Assembly: GCF_020745735.1 (NCBI RefSeq)
Contig: NC_083444.1
Coordinates: 7,508,338-7,572,337 of the forward strand
Origin: Hemiscyllium ocellatum
Lineage: Eukaryota
DNA length: 64,000 bases
Direction: 5' to 3'
The position numbers and the translations under genes are program-made. The notes beneath the pieces were generated by a model. That model made no database searches. It worked only from the letters and a program-made list of their open reading frames with translations, and was not told the origin of the DNA. Shown one piece after another: positions 1 to 13,860 of this stretch (positions are counted from its first letter, which is position 1; each line of letters opens with the position of its first letter).

Positions 1-1360
1 GCAAACTCTCCACTGGTTAGTGTCATCCGTGACACATAGGAAGATGGCTGTGGTTGTTAGACGTCAGTCATCTCAGCCCCAGGACATCTCTGCAGGAGTT
101 CCTCAGGGTAATGTCCCAGACCCAACCATCTTCAGCTGCTTCATCAATGACGTTCCCTCCATCATAAGGTCAGAATTGGGGATTTTCACCGGTAATTGCA
201 GAACGTTTAGCACCATTCGCCACTCCCCAGATACTGAAGCAGTCTGTGTCCAAATGCAGCAAGATCTGGACTGACTAGTGGCATTTCACATCATGCCACA
301 CAAATACCAAGCAATGGCCATCTCCAATAAGAGACAATCTAACCTCTGCCCCTTGATTTTCATTGGTGTTACCTTCAGTGAATCCCCTACTGTCAACATC
401 CTAACAGTTATCATTGACCAGAAGCTAAACTGAATTTGCCACATAAACACAATGGCTACAAGAACAGGTCAGAGGCTAGGAGTACTGCAGTGAGTAACTC
501 ACCTCCTGACTCCCAAAACGTGTCCACCATCCACAAGGCACATGTCAGCATTGTGAGGAAATACAACCCACTTGCCCTGGATGGGGCAGCTCCGACAACA
601 CTCAAGAAGCTTGACACCATCCAGGACAAGGCAGCCAACTCAATTGCCACCATGTCCATAACATCCCTTCCCTCCCTCACTGACTCTCAGTAGCAGCAGT
701 GTGTACCATCTACAAGATGCACTGCAGCAACTCACCAAGACTCCTCAGACAGCACCTTCCAAACACACGATCACTTACATCTGGAAGAACAAGGGCAGCA
801 GATTAGATTAGATTACTTACAGTGTGGAAACAGGCCCTTCGGCCCAACAAGTCCACACCGACCCGCCGAAGTGCAACTCACCCATTCCCCTACATTTACC
901 CCTTACCTAACACTACGGGCAATTTAGCATGGCCAATTCACCTGACCCGCACATCTTTGGACTGTGGGAGGAAACCAGAGCACCCGGAGGAAACCCACGC
1001 AGACAAGGGGAGAACGTGCAAACTCCACACAGTCAGTCGCCTGAGTCGGGAATTGAACCCGGGTCTCAGGCACTGTGAGGCAGCAGTGCTAACCACTGTG
1101 CCACCGTGCTGCCCACAGATACATGGGAGCATCATTCCCTGCAAGCTCCCTTCTCAGCCATTCACCATCCTGACTTGGAAATACATCGGCCATTCCTGGA
1201 GTGTTGCTGGATCAGAATCCTGCCACTCCCTCCCTAATGGGACTGTGTGTGTGTCCCTACACCACACGGGACTGCAGCAGTTCAAGATGGCAGCTCACCA
1301 CTTTATTCTCAATGGGCAACAATGGATGGGCCCAACAAGCAACGGGCACCTTCCATGAGT
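1..1360 (+). mobile_element. CR1/L2-clade LINE RT and 3' fragment (second family), split by a SINE
   Basis: GVPQGNVPDPTIFSCFINDVP RT motif. The same family recurs at about 4900-5340, 16380-17100 and 26100-26640. Confidence 0.75.
801..1114 (-). mobile_element. HE1/V-SINE-type tRNA-derived SINE, full length
   Basis: tRNA-like head (GGCACGGTGGCACAGTGGTTAGCACTGC...GGTTCAATTCC), V-type core, LINE-like 3' end GGGCCGAAGGGCCTGTTTCC and (AATCT)n tail. Inserted within a LINE fragment. Confidence 0.85.
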
Positions 1361-2599
1361 GAAAACAAATCTAAGAACAGGGCACCAATTGTACATTTAT
1401 CAGCTATGGCCTCCTTCCTTGAGTGAAATTGACAAAGATTGATACATGCCCTGTTGGGATTCCTGGCTGTTATCTTTTGTTCTTGTAACATGGGATTTTC
1501 CTGCTTGACACCTTATTGTTGATTTCAGATTCCTCGGATGGAAATTAGCGCGGAGAGACCAAGTGAGAGAATGCGGGATCCAATGGGAATTATCTGTAGG
1601 AATCCCCGGTGCAAGGAATTTACTGGTTTACTGAGTCCTACAGAAACTCATGGTCACACAACAGGCCCATATTCTCGCAGCCCTCACTGTCCAAAGCTGG
1701 TTTGAACCTAGCCCCTTTGAAGTCGACACTGCGGACTGTGAGTTTTGCTGCAATGTTGAACCAGGCTCTGGTTCCCCAGAAAAGAAACTCCGTTTGCAGA
1801 GCTGCTCTGATGTGAAATCGTCTCCGTTTGCTGCTGAACAGATTGCTTCCTGCTCCTGTGTATATATTCAGGCGGGTATAAACCCTGGCACGGCTCCATC
1901 TCATTGGCTGACCCCGTGCCAATCAGTTTCCGTGAAGCACTTTGTAAAAAGTGACAATGTCCCTGCCACAGTGAATCGATTGAGGCTGAAACGTTGAATG
2001 TTTTCAAGAAGGAGTGAGGTCCAGTTCTTAGAGCTATAGGGGATTCAAGGGAATGGGGAAGGTCACTGAGTTGGATGATCAGCCATGGTGCGGGTGAACA
2101 GGCTTGAGGGGCTGAATGGTCTACTCCTGTTCTAATATTCTATATTTCTATGTGCCCAATGTAAAACAATACTGTCACAATATACTTCGTTATTAAAGTC
2201 TTCTCATTAATTTCGTTATTTTTCCAGAAATCATCACTGAATATTATGAATTATGCATGTGCGCTAACATAAGTTGTTTGTTGAATCTGAAAATAAAAGC
2301 CCTCCTGTGTATTATTTCTGTGACCCTTGTTCCCATCTCTTGAGATTTGTAGCTGTCTTTCTAACAGATGTTTCTGATTCTGTGTCTCTTTCGTGTCATG
2401 AAGTGGACTTTGATAAAAATTAACATAAAGTGGTTCAAACAGAAAAGATGGCCGCTGTAATCATGTGACTAGACTTCGCAATGACCTTCCAGAATGTTCT
2501 CAGGAGTCGGCGCCAGATACGCAATCGATGTCTATAAAGCCTCCTGCAAGATGTCTCCGTTGTGACAATCCGAGTGATGGCCATGTCGGATCCCGGAAT

Positions 2600-3010
2600 A
2601 AAGTCACAGAGCCCTTGATGATGTTGGCTGCTTTCCCGAGACAGCGGGAAGTGGAGATGGAGCCAATGGATGGGAGGCTGGTTTGTGTGATGGACTTGGG
2701 CTGTGTTCACAACTCTCCGTAATTTATTGTGGTCCTGGGCAGAGCAGTTGCTGTACCAAGCTGTGATGTATCCAGACAGGTTACTGTCTGTGGTACATCT
2801 ATAAAAATTGGTGAGAGTCCCTGTGGACATGCTGAATTTCCTGAGCCTCCTGAGGAAGGAGAGGCATTATTGTGTTTCCTTGATTGTAGCGATGACGTGG
2901 ATGGATCAGGACAGATTGTTGGCAATGTCTAAAACTGGGATCTTGAAGCTCTCAAACATCTCCCCCCCCAGCTCCATTGGTACTGACTGGGGTGTGCCCT
3001 ACACTCTGCT
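2600..3010 (-). mobile_element. Rex1/Babar-like LINE RT C-terminal fragment
   Basis: LTNFYRCTTDSNLSGYITAWYSNCSAQDHNKLRRVVNTAQ resembles the Rex1/Babar RT C-terminus. Confidence 0.65.
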
Positions 3011-3773
3011 TCCTGAAGTCAATGCCCAGCTCCTTCATAACCGTGGACCAGGTCCTGGACAAAGCCCTTACAAAGCTGACAGATGACTGCAGCAGACCTA
3101 GAATAGGTGGCACCTGTACTTCTATTGCATTGGGTGTTTAGAACATCTGTAATTGTATTGGGATCATCGCTGTCACAGTTTGGAACAGGACAATGCTCAT
3201 CACCTTCCTGTCAGTACTCTATGCCTCACACTGAGTTCCTCTCAAACCCTCCCCAATCGTTCACAGTGAAGACAAAGCCCTGCAGATGCTGGAAATCAGA
3301 AACAAAAACAAGAAATTTCTGGAGAAACTCAGCAGGGTCTGTGGAGGGAGACAAACAGAGCGAATGCTTTGGGTCTGCTGACTCGTCTTCTGAACCCAGT
3401 TCATCACAACCGGTTCAGACTCTGGTCCAAGCTCCTGTCTGCTAACATTGCTTCCAATTCCAGGATTATCCTGCAATGAAAATCCCGCACTCCAGTGTCC
3501 ATATCCATCTGCAATGTATCCTTCTAAATGCTTCTCACGTGTCCGCTCACCTCTAGTAGTAAGTGTGAGGGCTTAATGGATTTTGTTATGGCTGTGTAGT
3601 TGGGAATGCTGAGTCTTAACTGCTCCACAGTTGCACCAATAAAACAAATGGTAGAATCGCTTGCAGTTTGGAAGGGATTCAGCCCATCAAGTTCATACTA
3701 ACCCTCTGATGAGCATCTGACTTCAACCCACTATATCCCTTAATTTCCTATTGGCTAAACCTGTCCATCTCTG

Positions 3774-3858
3774 GACAGGATGGCTGAGTGGTCTAAGGCT
3801 CTGTGTTCAGGTCACAGCCCTCCTTCTAGAGACATGGGTCTGAATCCCACTCCTGACA
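3774..3858 (+). pseudogene. tRNA-Leu(CAG) pseudogene
   Basis: GACAGGATGGCTGAGTGGTCTAAGGC...TTCAGGT...GAATCCCACTCCTGACA aligns end to end with vertebrate tRNA-Leu-CAG. Anticodon CAG 3808-3810, long variable arm. The B-box is mutated (GGTCTGAATCC) and the acceptor stem has a mismatch. Confidence 0.85.
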
Positions 3859-4164
3859 CCGAGGGCTTGTTTTGAATTCACCTTGTGTCCCTCCCCCTGC
3901 CAAGATTTGAGTTATCACTGCTGCAAGGCGATTTATTAAAAAAAACACACTTTCACCTTCGAGGCGGCATGGTGGCTCAGTGGTTAACACTGCTGCCTCA
4001 TGGTCCCAGGTTCGATTCCAGTCTCAGACAACTGTTTGTGTGGCGTTTGCACATTCTCCCAATGGGTTTCCTCCCACAATCCAAAGGTGTGCAGGTTAGG
4101 GTGAATTGGCCGTTATAAATTGCTCACAGTGTTCAGGGATGTGTAAGTTAGGTTGAGAGTGTAA

Positions 4165-4500
4165 TGCTGGAAAACAGCTTCCTAATTTCCTCTCTCCTCA
4201 CATTATTCCCAGTCCCGAGCCTCCAACGCGGCACTGTCTTCCAGACCCATCCATCAATCACCCCTCTGACCTATCACTCTCTCCCTCACCTTCATCCACC
4301 TATTGCTTTCCCATCGATCTTCCCCCCACCCCCTCCCATTTATCTCTCAACCCTGATCTACAAGCCTTATTCCTGATGAAAGGCTTATGCCCGAAACGGC
4401 GATTCTCCTGCTCCTCGGATGCTGCCTGACCTGCTGCGCTTTTCCAGCACTACACTCTTGACTCTGAGCTCCAACCTCTGCAGTCCTCACTTTCTCCTCC
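4165..4500 (+). mobile_element. Penelope-like 3' end with decayed hammerhead
   Basis: CTGATGA-A-AGGCTTATGCCC-GAAACGGC at 4373-4400, followed by the gatgctgcctgacctgctg...ctgcagtcctcac terminal repeat. Confidence 0.7.
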
Positions 4501-5344
4501 CTGTGTAGGTTAGGTGCAGGGGGTAAATGGAGAGTAAAGGGGAAAGGGTTTGGGTGGGATACTCTTTGGAGGGTCAGTGTGGACCTGATAGGCAGAAGGG
4601 CCTGAATCCACACTGTTGGGATTCTATGATTCTCTGACAATTTTGCATGGTCAATACTCCAAACCTTAGCATCTTTGGGGGAAACCACAACACTGAGAGA
4701 AAACCCAGAGTCACAGACAGTCACCTGAGAGTGGAATTAAGCCCAGGACCCAGGCACCACTAGGCAACAGTGCTAACCGTTAAATATGTTGTTGAATTGC
4801 TAAAATGTTTAAGTCTTTCTGTTTACCACTGCTGTCCACAATTAATGCATCATATGCCATGCTTATTTTATGAATTAAAAATAATCTGTTTATTATAAGC
4901 AAGATCTAGACATTATCCAGGCTTGGGCTGACAAGTGGCAAGTAATATTCACTTCACGCAATCATGACCATCACCAATAAGAGATAATCTAACTACTTCC
5001 CCTTGACACTCAGTAGTGTTACAATCGCTGAATTCCCCCTACTATCAACATCCTGGCGGTTACTATTGACTAGAAATTCAATTGGACTTGCCACATAAAA
5101 CGCAGCAGCTCCAAGAGCAGGTCAGAGTCTAGGAATACTGCAGTGAGTAACTCACCTCCTGACTCCCCAAAGCCTGTCCACCATCGACAAGGCACAAGTC
5201 AGGAGGTGTGAGGGAATACTTCCACTTGCCCTGGCTGGGGGCAGCTCCAACAACACTTGAGAGGCTCAACACCATCTAGGGACAAAGCAGCCCCCGATTG
5301 ATTGACAACCGTGTCCACAGACATCTAGTCCCTGCACCACCTGC

Positions 5345-7330
5345 GCTCAGTAGCCACAATGGGAGCAGTCACATTGTTGCGTGTACCCCAGACAGCCAGT
5401 GGGAAATAGGGGAGCAGATGTGTAGACAATTCACCGAGGTGTGTAAGCGTGATAGCAGGTTAATTATATTGAAATTGACCCAAGTACCAGCCCAACATGT
5501 TCCCTTTGGGGTGAAATGTAAAAGCAACAAGCCCGGAGAATCACGGATGTCCAGAAATATTCAGGACTTGAGAAACAGGAAAAGAGAGATATCGATGAGT
5601 TAGAAAGGGAGCAAAACATTGGAAACACTGGAGTGATTTAGGAAGTATTGGCGGGGGGGGGGATACTTAAGAAAGCAATTGGGAGAGCAAAGAGGAGGAA
5701 TGGGAAAACACTAGCTGGTAAGATTAGGGAGAATCCCAAGGTATTTTACAGGTAAATCCAGAGGAAGAGGATAACCTGGGAAAGGATAGGGTCTATTAGG
5801 GACCAAGGGGACAACCTGTGCATGGAGCCAGAGGACATTGGGAGAGTGTTAAATGAGTATTTAACATCTGTCTTTATTTGGGAGAAGGAAGTCCAGAATT
5901 TGTAAATGTGGACTGTGAAGTCTTCAACTGATGTTTATAGAGAGTAAAGACACATCGGAGGTTTTGGCATGGATAAGTCTGGATGAGTTGTATCCCAGGC
6001 TGTTTTGGGAGGTGAGGGAGGAAATTACAGGGGCCCTGACCTTAATCTCCAATTCGTCTCTCACCAAAGGGAGGCGCCAGAGGACTGGCGGTTCCACGTT
6101 ACGAGAAGGGTGACTGAGACAGCCCAGGGAGCTACAGAGCAGCAAGTCTCAATGTCAGTAGTAAAGAAACTACTGGACAAAATAGTGAAGGAGAAAATAA
6201 ATCTCAGTTTAGAGAGGTAACGCTTGATCAGGGATAGTCAGCCATCAGATCGGGTCATGTTTTTCGAGGGAGGTGACCAAGACTTTGGATGAGAGTTGTG
6301 CAGTTGATGCAGTTTATGTGGATATCAGGTTTCCCAAACTGAAATGGGCCCATTTGACCCATCTCCCTCTGAACCTTTCCTACCTATCCACGCGCCTTTT
6401 AAATGCTGTCAATGTACCAGCCACCAGCTTCCTCTGGCAGCTCATTCCATACACGCACCACCCTTTGCGTGAAAAAGTTGCCCCCTCAGGTCCCTTTTAA
6501 ATCCTTCCCCCTCTCATCAGTCTCTAGTTTTAGACTCCCCTATGTTGGGGAAAAAGGACCTTGTCTTTTCAGCCTATCCACACCCTTCATGATTTTATAA
6601 ACCTCTGCAAGATCACCCCTCAGCCTCCAATGCGCCAGGGGAAAATAGTCCCAGTGTAGACCTCTCTCCCTGGATTTCAGCAAGGCTTTTGAGAAGACCC
6701 CACATGGGAAACTGGCAAAGCAGAGAAAAGCACATGGGATCCAGAGTATTGGCAAGTTGGATCCAAAATTGCTCAGTGGCAGGAGTCAGAGGGTGGCAGT
6801 GGAAGGCTGTTGGCCTGACTGGAGCCCAGTGTGCAGTGATGTACCACAGGGATCAGTGCTGGGTCCCTTACAGTTTGTGATGAGAAGTTGGAAAATAAGT
6901 AGGTTTGGAGATGTCACGATTGTCTGAATGGGTGACAGTGAGGAGGAAGGTGGTAGGTTACAGGAGGGTACACACGGGTTGGTCAGATGGGTGGATCAGG
7001 GGTGGATGGAGTTGGGATATTCTTCAGAGGGTCGATGTAGACTTGATGGGCTGAAGGGCCCATTTCCAGACAGTAGCGATTCTAATTCTGAAACCGTTGG
7101 TAAATGTGAGGAGATGCACTTTGGAAGAAGGAGCAAATCCTGGGAGTACTCAATGAAGGGCAGGAAGCTCAGAGGGACGGAGGGAGCTTGGGGACCGTGT
7201 CCATGGATCCCTGAAGGTCAATGGGGTGTTTGAGAAGGCAGACGGGTCATTTGCCTTTATCAGTTGTGGCACAGATCGCAAGAGCAGGGAGGCCACGTCA
7301 GAGCTAGACAGTGCTTTGGTGAGGCCATAG
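5345..7330 (+). mobile_element. Highly decayed CR1 LINE (endonuclease to RT)
   Basis: Remnants such as PDSQWEIGEQMCRQ, SLDELYPRL and gggatcagtgctgggtcc spread over many frames. Confidence 0.6.
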
Positions 7331-8390
7331 CTGGAGTACTGTGTGAAGTGCTTCCCCTCTTCCCCCCCCCCCACACTGCAGGAAGGATGGAGTCATACAG
7401 CACAGAAAAAGACCCTTTGGTCCAACTCATCCATTCCGATCAGGTTTCCCAAACTGAAATGGCCCCATTTGGCCCATATTCCTCTGAATCCTTCCTATCC
7501 ATCCAGATGCCTTTTAAATGCTGTCAATGTACCAGCCTCCACCACTTCCTCTGGCAGCTCATTCCAATCCCGCACCACCCTCTGTGTGAAAAAGTTGCCC
7601 CTCAAGTCCCTTTTAAATGATGCCAGCTGGAACATTGATACTTAGGCTTACCACAAGCAATGACACTGCTCAGACAAACTCTCCTTGTGGAAGAGGTGGT
7701 TAAGTCAGTGGCCGAGAGTCGGGAGGGCGATATTGATAAAGATAGCCAACGGGCAGATGGGCACGCTGACCGTTGCCATGTTCCCCGTCCATCGGGCAGG
7801 GCTGGAGCCAGACTGGCATCACCGCTGGCGTTAATGCCAATGGAGGGTCACGTGCACAGAGGGAGCCCAACCCTCCCCCGTGAACTTCCATACCCGGTTT
7901 TGCGCCCACCTTGACGATGATAACCCAACGTCGCTTGCAGGATGTTGAGTGGGTGCTGGAACTGAACAGGGGAAAGTCTTCAACAAGCAAAAAAGGAACC
8001 TGCCGTGGGGTCCACCACTGCCCGTGACTGCTCAGGATCCCGAGGTGAACTGTTACATTCCAGGCTAACACAATCTTGGTCGCACCCCCACCTCCCCCTC
8101 CCTGATACTCCCAGCATCAAGCTCAGAAAGAGAGGATGTTTTGACACAATGAGCACAAGACAGAGCACAGGGGTATGCTGCAGTTTAATTCATGGCTGGC
8201 CAATGATAAATTAAATTCTCTCTTCGAACTGCTCGAACAATCCTTTCCTTCAGGGTGAGGTGGGACTGTTTGCATCAAACTGCTTGCGTCTAGGTCAATC
8301 AAGCCGATGTTGAACATAGTAGCTGGAGGATCACAGTGGATGAGAAAAATAACAAATCTGGCTGGGATAGAAATCACATGCAGATACAAT

Positions 8391-8485
8391 TTAATCCGGA
8401 GACTTGCGAGAACATTCCAACATCAATTCAGGCCCACGGGATCTCTTGCTTGGAGGTTCTGGTTTTAGGTTATTCATCTGTAGAT
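8391..8485 (-). other. Candidate downstream (3'-terminal) exon start of the IgV gene
   Basis: Acceptor ttttcctctactttcag| (exon start 8485; alternative ctacag| at 8477) opens about 850 bp of non-repetitive sequence. The donor after the GPI exon needs a downstream acceptor. The 3' end is not determined. Confidence 0.3.
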
Positions 8486-8564
8486 CTGAAAGTAGAGGAA
8501 AACCATGGGTGAGCAATGGAGATGGAGCAGGGGGATACTGGTGTGCGAAAGCCTGGCTCAGTTT

Positions 8565-9361
8565 NNNNNNNNNNNNNNNNNNNNNNNNNNNNNNNNNNNN
8601 NNNNNNNNNNNNNNNNNNNNNNNNNNNNNNNNNNNNNNNNNNNNNNNNNNNNNNNNNNNNNNNNNNNNNNNNNNNNNNNNNNNNNNNNNNNNNNNNNNNN
8701 NNNNNNNNNNNNNNNNNNNNNNNNNNNNNNNNNNNNNNNNNNNNNNNNNNNNNNNNNNNNNNNNNNNNNNNNNNNNNNNNNNNNNNNNNNNNNNNNNNNN
8801 NNNNNNNNNNNNNNNNNNNNNNNNNNNNNNNNNNNNNNNNNNNNNNNNNNNNNNNNNNNNNNNNNNNNNNNNNNNNNNNNNNNNNNNNNNNNNNNNNNNN
8901 NNNNNNNNNNNNNNNNNNNNNNNNNNNNNNNNNNNNNNNNNNNNNNNNNNNNNNNNNNNNNNNNNNNNNNNNNNNNNNNNNNNNNNNNNNNNNNNNNNNA
9001 CAGAGAGAGAATGAGGGGGAGAGGAGAAGAGAGAGAGACAGAGTCAGAGGGGGAGACAGAGGGGGAGNNNNNNNNNNNNNNNNNNNNNNNNNNNNNNNNN
9101 NNNNNNNNNNNNNNNNNNNNNNNNNNNNNNNNNNNNNNNNNNNNNNNNNNNNNNNNNNNNNNNNNNNNNNNNNNNNNNNNNNNNNNNNNNNNNNNNNNNN
9201 NNNNNNNNNNNNNNNNNNNNNNNNNNNNNNNNNNNNNNNNNNNNNNNNNNNNNNNNNNNNNNNNNNNNNNNNNNNNNNNNNNNNNNNNNNNNNNNNNNNN
9301 NNNNNNNNNNNNNNNNNNNNNNNNNNNNNNNNNNNNNNNNNNNNNNNNNNNNNNNNNNNNN
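8565..9361. other. Assembly gaps (N 8565-8999 and 9068-9361)
   Basis: Runs of n; further gaps at 23268-23411 and 54543-54672. Confidence 1.
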
Positions 9362-9699
9362 GTGTCGGGGGGCAGGGGAGGGGGAAGGGGAGGTTGGGCT
9401 GTTTGATTTAGAAAAGAGCAGTTGAGGTCAGGATGTGGGCTGGGAGGGCAATACAGTGGTCCCTGCAATGGATGCTCCTTTTGCTGATCAGGAAGCTGCT
9501 CTTCAGTCTGCCTACAGGAGATACAGAGTGACTAGCTCTCAATCATAAAAGTCCCTGACTTTTTCATAGACTTGGAGTCATAGAAAAGAACGGCTTGCGA
9601 AAGAGGGGAAGTAAACTGGATTTCTTCAGGTTTGAAATGTTTCTTACTGCACAGTCCTTGCTTCTTCAGAGATCCAATGTTTTCTGACTAAACGCAGAA

Positions 9700-12600
9700 C
9701 ATAGAACAATACAGCGCAGAACAGGCCCTTCGGCCCTCGATGTCGCGCCGACATTCTCAGCTTGTCCCCCTACACTATCCAATCATCATCCATGTGCTTA
9801 TCCAAGGATTGTTTAAATCTCCCTAATGTGGCTGAGTTAAGTACATTGGCAGGTAGGGCATTCCACACCCTTACCACTCTCTGAGTGAAGAACTTGCCTC
9901 TGACATCTGTCTTAAATCTATCACCCCTCAATTTGTAGTTACGCCCCCTCGTACAAGCTGACATCATCATCCTAGGAAAAAGTATTTCACTGTCTACCCT
10001 ATCTAACTCTCTGATCATCTTGTATGTCTCTATCAAATCCCCTCTTAGCCTTCTTCTTTCCAATGAGAACAGACCCAAATTTCTCAGCCTTTCCTGATAA
10101 GACCCTCCCTCCAGACCAGGCAACATCCTGGTAAATCTCCTCTGCACCTTTTCCAATACTTCCACATCCTTCCTGTAATGTGGCGACCAGAACTGTACAC
10201 AATATTCCAAGTGCGGCCGCACTAGTATTTTGTATAGTTGCAATATGATCTTACAGCTCCAGAACTCAATCCCTCTATCCATGAAACCTAACATGCCTTC
10301 TTAACAGCACTATCAAACTGGCAACTTTCAGGGGTCTATGCACATGGACTCCAAGATCCTTCTGCACATCCACACTACCAAGAGCCTTTCCATTCACCCA
10401 GTACTCTGCCTTCCTGTTATTCTTCCCAAAGTGCATCACCTCACATTTAGCTGCATTGAACTCCATTTGCCACCTCTCTGCCCAATTCTGCAGTTTATCC
10501 AAGTCCCCCTGCAACCTGTAACATTCTTCCAGACTGTTGACTACTCCACCGATGTTAGTGTCATCTGCAAATTTACTAATCCATCCACCTATGCCTGCGT
10601 CTAAGTCATTTATAAAAAAGACAAATAGCAGTGGTCCCAAAACAGATCCTTGTGGTACCCCACTAGTAACTGGACTCCAGGCTGAATATTTTCCATCAAC
10701 CACCACTCACTGCCTTCTTTCAGAAAGCCAGTTTCTAATCCAAACAGCCAAATCACCCTCAATTCCATGTCTCTGCATTTTCTCCATCAGCCTACCATGT
10801 GGAACCTTATCAAAGGCTTTACTGAAGTCCATGTATACCACATTAACTGGCCTACCCTCATCTACATACTCAGTCACCTTCTCAAAAATCTCAACAAGGT
10901 TTGTGAGGCATGACCTGCCCTTGACAAAACCATGTTGACTATCTGAAATCAAATTGTTGCTTGCTAAATGATTATAAATCTTATCCACACTCAACTTCCC
11001 ACTTCTGTCTTTGACTGGCCCTATTCCTACCCTAATCATCCTTTTATTCCTTACATACCTATACAAATGTTTAGAACATAGAACATAGAACATTACAGCG
11101 CAGTACAGGCCCTTCGGCCCTCGATGTTGCACTGACCTGTCGTACTAATCTGAAGCCCATCCCACCTACACTATTCCATGTATGCCCATATGCCTGTCCA
11201 ATGACGACTTAAATGTACTTAAACTTGGCAAATCTACTACTGTTGCAGGCAAAGCATTCCATACCCTTACTACTCTCTGAGTAAAGATACAACCTCTGAC
11301 ATCTGTCTTATACTTATCTCCCCTCACTTTAAAGTTGTGTCCCCTCGTGTTTGCCGTCCCCATACTTGGAAAAAGGTTCTCCCTGTCCACCCTATCTAAC
11401 CCCCTGATTATCTTGTATGTCTCTATTAAGTCACCTCTCAACCTTCTTCTCTCGAACGAGAACAGCCTCAAGGCCCTCAGCCTTTCCTCATGAGACATTC
11501 CTTCCATAACAGGCAACATCCTAGTAAATCTCCTCTGCACTCTTTCTAAAGCTTCCACATCCTTCTTATAATGAGGTGACCAGAACTGTACACAATACTC
11601 CAAGTGCAGCTGCACTAGAGTTTTGTACAGCTGTAGCATAACCTCATGGTTCTGGAACTCAATCCCTCTACTAATAAAGGCCAAAACACTGTATGCCTTC
11701 TTAACACCCTGTCAATCTGGGCGGCAACTTTCAGGGATCTGTGTACATGGACACCGATATCTCTCTGCTCATCTGCATTCCCAAGAAGCTTACCATTAGC
11801 CCAGTACTTTGCATTCCAATTACTCCGTCCAAAGTATATCACCTCACACTTGTCCATATTAAATTCCATTTGCCATCTCTCAGCCCAGCTCTGCATCCTA
11901 TCTATGTCTCTCTGCAACCTACTACATCCTTCGTCACTATCCACAACTCCACCGACCTTAGTATCATCCGCAAATTTACTAACCCACCTTTCTAAGCCCT
12001 CATCCAGGTCATTTATAAAAATTATGAACAGCAGTGGACCCAACACTGACTCTTGCAGTATGCTGCTAGTAACTGCACACCAAGATGAACATGTTCCATC
12101 AACTACAACCCTCTGTTTTCTTTCAGCAAGCCAATTACTGATCCAAACTGCTATGTCTCCCACAATCCCATTCCTCCGCATTTTGTACAATAGCCTACTG
12201 TGGGGAACCTTATCGAACGACTTGCTGAAATCCATACACACCACATCAACTGGTTTACTCTCATCTACATGTTTGGTCACTTTGTCAAAAAACTCAATAA
12301 GATTTGTTAGGCACGACCTACCCTTCATAAAACTGTGCTGACTATCTCCTTTATTCTATTTCCTAAAGACTGCTTGTGTCCTCTTTGCTCTTCTTAACTC
12401 ACTAAATCCTTTCTAGCTGATCTGTAACTCTCCATCACCTCATCTGAACCATCTTGCCTCATCAACACCTTCTTGTGCTTAACAAGAGATGCAATTTCTG
12501 TAGTAAACCACGGTTCCCCTACCTTATCACTTCCTCACTGCCTGACAGGGACATACCTATCAAGGACACACAATATCTGTTCCTTAAACAAGCTCCACAT

Positions 12601-12930
12601 TTCCATTGTCTGTATCCTCTGCATTTTGCTACTCCATTCTATGCATCCTAATTCTTGCCTAATCGCATTATAATTGCCCTTGCCCCATTGATAACTCTTG
12701 ACCAGTGGTATGTACCTATCCCTATCCATTGCTAAACTCAACGTAACTGAATTATGGTCATTCTCTCCAAAGTGCTCACCTACAACTACATCAAACACAG
12801 GCCTGGTTCATTACCAAGCACCAGACTCAATGTGGCCTCCCCTCTTGTCAGCCCTTCGACATACTGTGTCAGGAAACCCTCCTGTGCACATTGGACAAAA
12901 ACTGATCCGTCCAAAGTACTAGAGTTATGC
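9700..12930 (-). mobile_element. Two nested CR1-clade LINE fragments
   Basis: RT motifs GVPQGSVLGP, ISKFADDT, HLEYCVQFWSP in ORFs 9770-11132 and 11166-12328. The second copy (about 11067-12345, with its own (TTCTATG)n tail) interrupts the first, whose upstream part resumes at about 12346. Confidence 0.9.
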
Positions 12931-13309
12931 AGCATGTTTCCAAGCTGTTCATCTACCTGGCAGCCACAGTTATATCAGCAAGCAAGGTCTTTGGCATCAA
13001 TATCTGGTCACTAAATCCAGAAATTAACCCAGTTCCCTGGTGCCAGCACAATCTTATTCAGACACAACCCTCCTCCTGGACCAACTCCAGTTTGTCTACA
13101 GGAATGTTCTCCCACTGCTCAACCACACTGCTGACAATGAGGGTCAGGACGATTGCTTTCTCATGGAGAAAAATAACATACAACAATCCCTGGTTTTCAT
13201 GGAATAGAATGGCTACATTGTGGAAGCAGGCCATTCACCCCTTCGAGTCCACAGTGACCCTCCGAAGAGCATCCCACTCAGACTCACCATATCCCTCAAA
13301 CACTGCACT

Positions 13310-13860
13310 TCCCATGGCTAACCCACCCGAGCCTACACATCCCTGGGCACTATGGGACAATCTAGCATGGCCAATCCACCCTAACCTGTACATCCCTAGG
13401 CACTATGGGACAATTTAGCACGGCTAACCCACCCAAGCCTACACATCCCTGGGCACTATGGGACAATCTAGCATGGCCAATCCACCCTAACCTGCATATC
13501 CCTGGACACTATGGAGCAATTTAGCACGGCCAATCCACCCTAACCTGCACAGCCCTGGGCACTATGGGACAATCTAGCATGGCCAATCCACCTTAACCTG
13601 CATATTCCTGGACACTATGGGACAATCTAGCATGGCCAATCCACTCTAACCTGCATATTCCTGGACACTATGGGGCAATTTAGCACGGCCAATCCACCCT
13701 AACCTGCACAGCCCTGGGCACTATGGGACAATCTAGCATGGCCAATCCACCCTAACCTGCATATTCCTGGACACTATGGGACAATCTAGCATGGCCAATC
13801 CACCCTAACCTGCACATCCCTGGGCACTATGGGACAATCTAGATGGCCAAACCACCTTAT
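13310..13860. repeat. 53-bp SINE-derived tandem array, about 10 copies
   Basis: Unit CACATCCCTGGGCACTATGGGACAATCTAGCATGGCCAATCCACCCTAACCTG (13338, 13391...), continuing into a minus-strand SINE head at about 13860-14015. Confidence 0.9.

Noticed and set aside
7652-8100. GC-rich unique stretch with 84-123-aa ORFs, a possible Ig C-domain exon
   Set aside because: No frame shows Ig C1/C2 cysteine-tryptophan spacing or a transmembrane segment; more likely UTR or an unrecognised repeat.
8404-9468. 300-aa ORFs spanning X residues
   Set aside because: Artefacts of reading through N-gaps.
9770-12328. Multiple 140-240-aa reverse-transcriptase ORFs suggesting an active LINE
   Set aside because: Frameshifted, internally deleted and nested fragments; no complete ORF2.
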